IMG/VR virus record: IMGVR_UViG_3300017902_000255
Coordinates: 1-24,114 of that record
Reading direction: 5' to 3' (one strand)
Source: a virus
Taxonomy: Duplodnaviria > Caudoviricetes
DNA length: 24,114 nucleotides
Made by a program: the position numbers and the translations under genes. Below are positions 23,801 through 24,114 of the stretch, in pieces. Numbering within the stretch: position 1 is the first letter of the stretch; each line of letters starts with the position of its first letter. The notes under the pieces are model-generated. The model searched no databases. It saw only the letters and a list, made by a program, of their open reading frames with translations, and was not told the origin of the DNA.

Positions 23801-24114
23801 CGTTGGGTTCAAAGTCATCAAATGTTGGGTAATCACCAACTGGTCTACCAGATGAATCTCCATAAGCCTTTGCAATCTTGAAGTAATACATATCAAGATC
23901 TGTCAATCCACTGTCAACACCATCAATCAATACGCTATTGATACCATCAGCGTAGGTGAATGTAGCTAATTTATGGTGAGAGTATGAAGGAGTCTTTGTA
24001 TTACTATCGTAGTCATAGTATGCAGTCTTGGTGATGTCTGCATCAAATATGGTGAAAGCAGTGAAGTAACAAGTACCTGTAACCCTAAGAACACCACCAT
24101 ATTCCATGGCATCA
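17826..24114 (-). CDS. giant tail fibre / virion structural protein with C-terminal peptidase S74 intramolecular chaperone; 5'-truncated by the window (>2093 aa)
   Basis: Frame is still open at the window edge (GAT GCC ATG); Gly/Thr/Val-rich beta repeats; C-terminal SDMRLK.N...G..Y....GVSAQQV..VLPEAV...V.YEKLVPLLIEAVKEL (17826-18116). Confidence 0.9.
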   Translation of the reverse strand, partial: DAMEYGGVLRVTGTCYFTAFTIFDADITKTAYYDYDSNTKTPSYSHHKLATFTYADGINSVLIDGVDSGLTDLDMYYFKIAKAYGDSSGRPVGDYPTFDDFEPNVDEFRIVGDLQSDPVGVTSIKSGDGNTPTATITVNTNKAHGLFKDTPVLIAGITTAINSYNGSFLVDEILSPTQFTFQTSNVPGNALPTAQEIQNSSVIVESDTVGSASPYIFNVSLRSVFGMNGLDCDGDKATGFKSMVCAQFTGISIQKDDNAFILYNPTTAIFNDTTTVAESEKPLHSNSRAIYKPNYETSHMRTRNNSVIQLVSVFAIAYARHFHAERGGDASITNSNSNFGQTALEATGFRPESFDRDDTGYITHIIPPREITREDSTVSWLTIDTRKTIGVGVTDRLYLFGYDNEEIIPPAEIDSFKVGARKDDKIFLSLVNTLSGQAVQETYESPIFMQVPSGIGTSSKKEYEVIRNSGVNAIISNVIQFKTNHQLVNGEKVRVFSNTGETPSAIINDKIYFAISGGTLAADRIQLASTFNDAIARRPITGISNGGGKLTVRSTVSDKNPGDPGHPMQFDESTYTINNVQNTVGGWYVLGHPSTTFNTIFPALNSIGVGVIGEETGTTFLKRRVDNRSLLDRVYRARYVIPKEHTNARAPKPGFILQESKTVGVGSASFLSADLSNPTQLKNVKIIKTASYGSNTLTFTTEEPHRLQRNDLVTIRNVTSTNYSTVSPKLGYNGVHPVSNVLSTKQFTVAGINTDPGLFLNQVNQRTTQQQIEALPTVQRSKAVDSFAVYRVQENRPHVPGTSGQDGVYNVILVCSSIPLDKDLGFGVSMKSFSQDVRNLYPQQDRDNYDSDPEPAITHASAKIIGDVVTNDKKKSITKESLGYFMQGQQVGYAATGAVITGTGNTTVTLFTDVEHNYNSIKGLELITPGAGYNNGSGIATVIYAADLENNALIGANASAKITVSAAGTITDVALLDGGCGYGIGNTMTVSSFPAGAPTQVGVVSVTSIFNNIGDGLNLSGFEDPKLNGTFKIVDIPTSKSISVEIGTARNLEPYFKDRDDRRVPTYHLANIGVGVTYIDVTGATGLTTIRTNGNHSLVAGNAFVIQGTKNPLFDDRKLVVQGVEEGLPLRSLTVNVGIITAGIDTSYLTTDATLFGTGISANGKSLSAGENNLAGRGSYFYTGISTSINAPLTSTDASITLTSTEGFKRGDYCIINGEIVRFTNDNVNEILRGQFGTPASPAITGTTIKKIKVLPMELRRPSILRASGHTFEYLGYGSGNYSTSLPQKQDRVLSDTESLTAQKKELDGGTVVYTGMNDSGDFFTGYKKLSSITGEEEVLEAPVFTYVGDDAEAETIKRASGVFDEVLIRESLTVEGGDNNNRTSQFYGPVNFTEKITNTSDDGIETINLSIRGDAPQGKLLTVGISTPVDAARSGDISFAGVPNAGGYLGHIFAEGEWRRFGVISQERDRSFIKVDQIGVGQSGGVFGFKDSLEVNGVAKIKDLFVAGVVTFAANQSFAGVSYDTLVIKKNANFWGYNTTGGLSYDGIPWENHGYYTQVHEAGTSRLYNMEVVGTYVTFKPAAAIHFEGPWKSTFAGVSTFSGTLKVGNLESTGGTFNGTFVNADNGSFGTLEAVNNFYASSGIVTNIVVTDASIAKNYSDIGITTLSHVGTEYVNTANIFSGIATNLQVTNQATIANETVTNATITNLIVPSAGGGNADIELANIADLTCTDITFTDDLIGPDAYFSNDVDSDGLTTRYIGSKYPSNPGNEAEQLTIFANAGIYTCIVGFAATIERINMTPGGNGLTAPTIRANTGIITALSAGSGGNMTIDAGTAGQIKSFQFQSTATNVPPLVVASTSKCINLNADLLDGLSAVGSNWTSGASIMSRDSQGSTKVKDITATGIFQGGSGAFPSGLTAGGSNLSGNNTINNLTVTGTFSASGGLNGNATTATTASNVVGGANRVLYNSSSNTTTTSSNLTFNGTNLSVGGDITAFASDMRLKTNLEQIEGAVAKVCKLSGFTYEFNETGRGLDLPAGRHSGVSAQQVLEVLPEAVACRSMDDYLTVKYEKLVPLLIEAVKELKAEIDDLKSK

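Noticed and set aside
16508-23832. ORFs nested in the oxygenase and tail-fibre genes (16508, 17306, 18028, 18526, 18594, 18901, 19204, 20944, 22970, 23392, 23629)
   Set aside because: Shadow frames produced by codon bias of the real genes.

Overview
AT-rich DNA that looks like part of a T4-like marine cyanomyovirus (Kyanoviridae, probably infecting Prochlorococcus or Synechococcus); the host is inferred from gene content only. Almost all genes are on the - strand. Bases 1-9.5 kb form an early/host-takeover region: cassettes of small, mostly acidic ORFs, plus a ligase-like DUF6267 protein and an SF2 helicase. Nine copies of one composite promoter drive these cassettes: a 24-bp palindrome TGTG(A/C)CA-N10-TG(G/T)CACA, a TTGCTT-like -35 and a -10 box. 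Bases 9.5-17.8 kb hold six of the seven 2OG-Fe(II) oxygenases, a single-chain GmrSD-like (DUF262+HNH) nuclease and an inverted glycine-rich gene. Bases 17.8-24.1 kb are the 3' part of a giant tail-fibre gene ending in a peptidase S74 chaperone. The most striking observation concerns the nine promoters. The seven that fire directly into a protein gene all put ACAAACAC just before the start codon. The other two fire into short hairpin RNAs, and one of these (about 9200-9155) displays the exact antisense of that motif, GUUUGUGUUUGUU, in its loop. This suggests a phage-encoded trans-acting sRNA controlling the whole early regulon. No database search or folding program was run; family names are from motif recognition.
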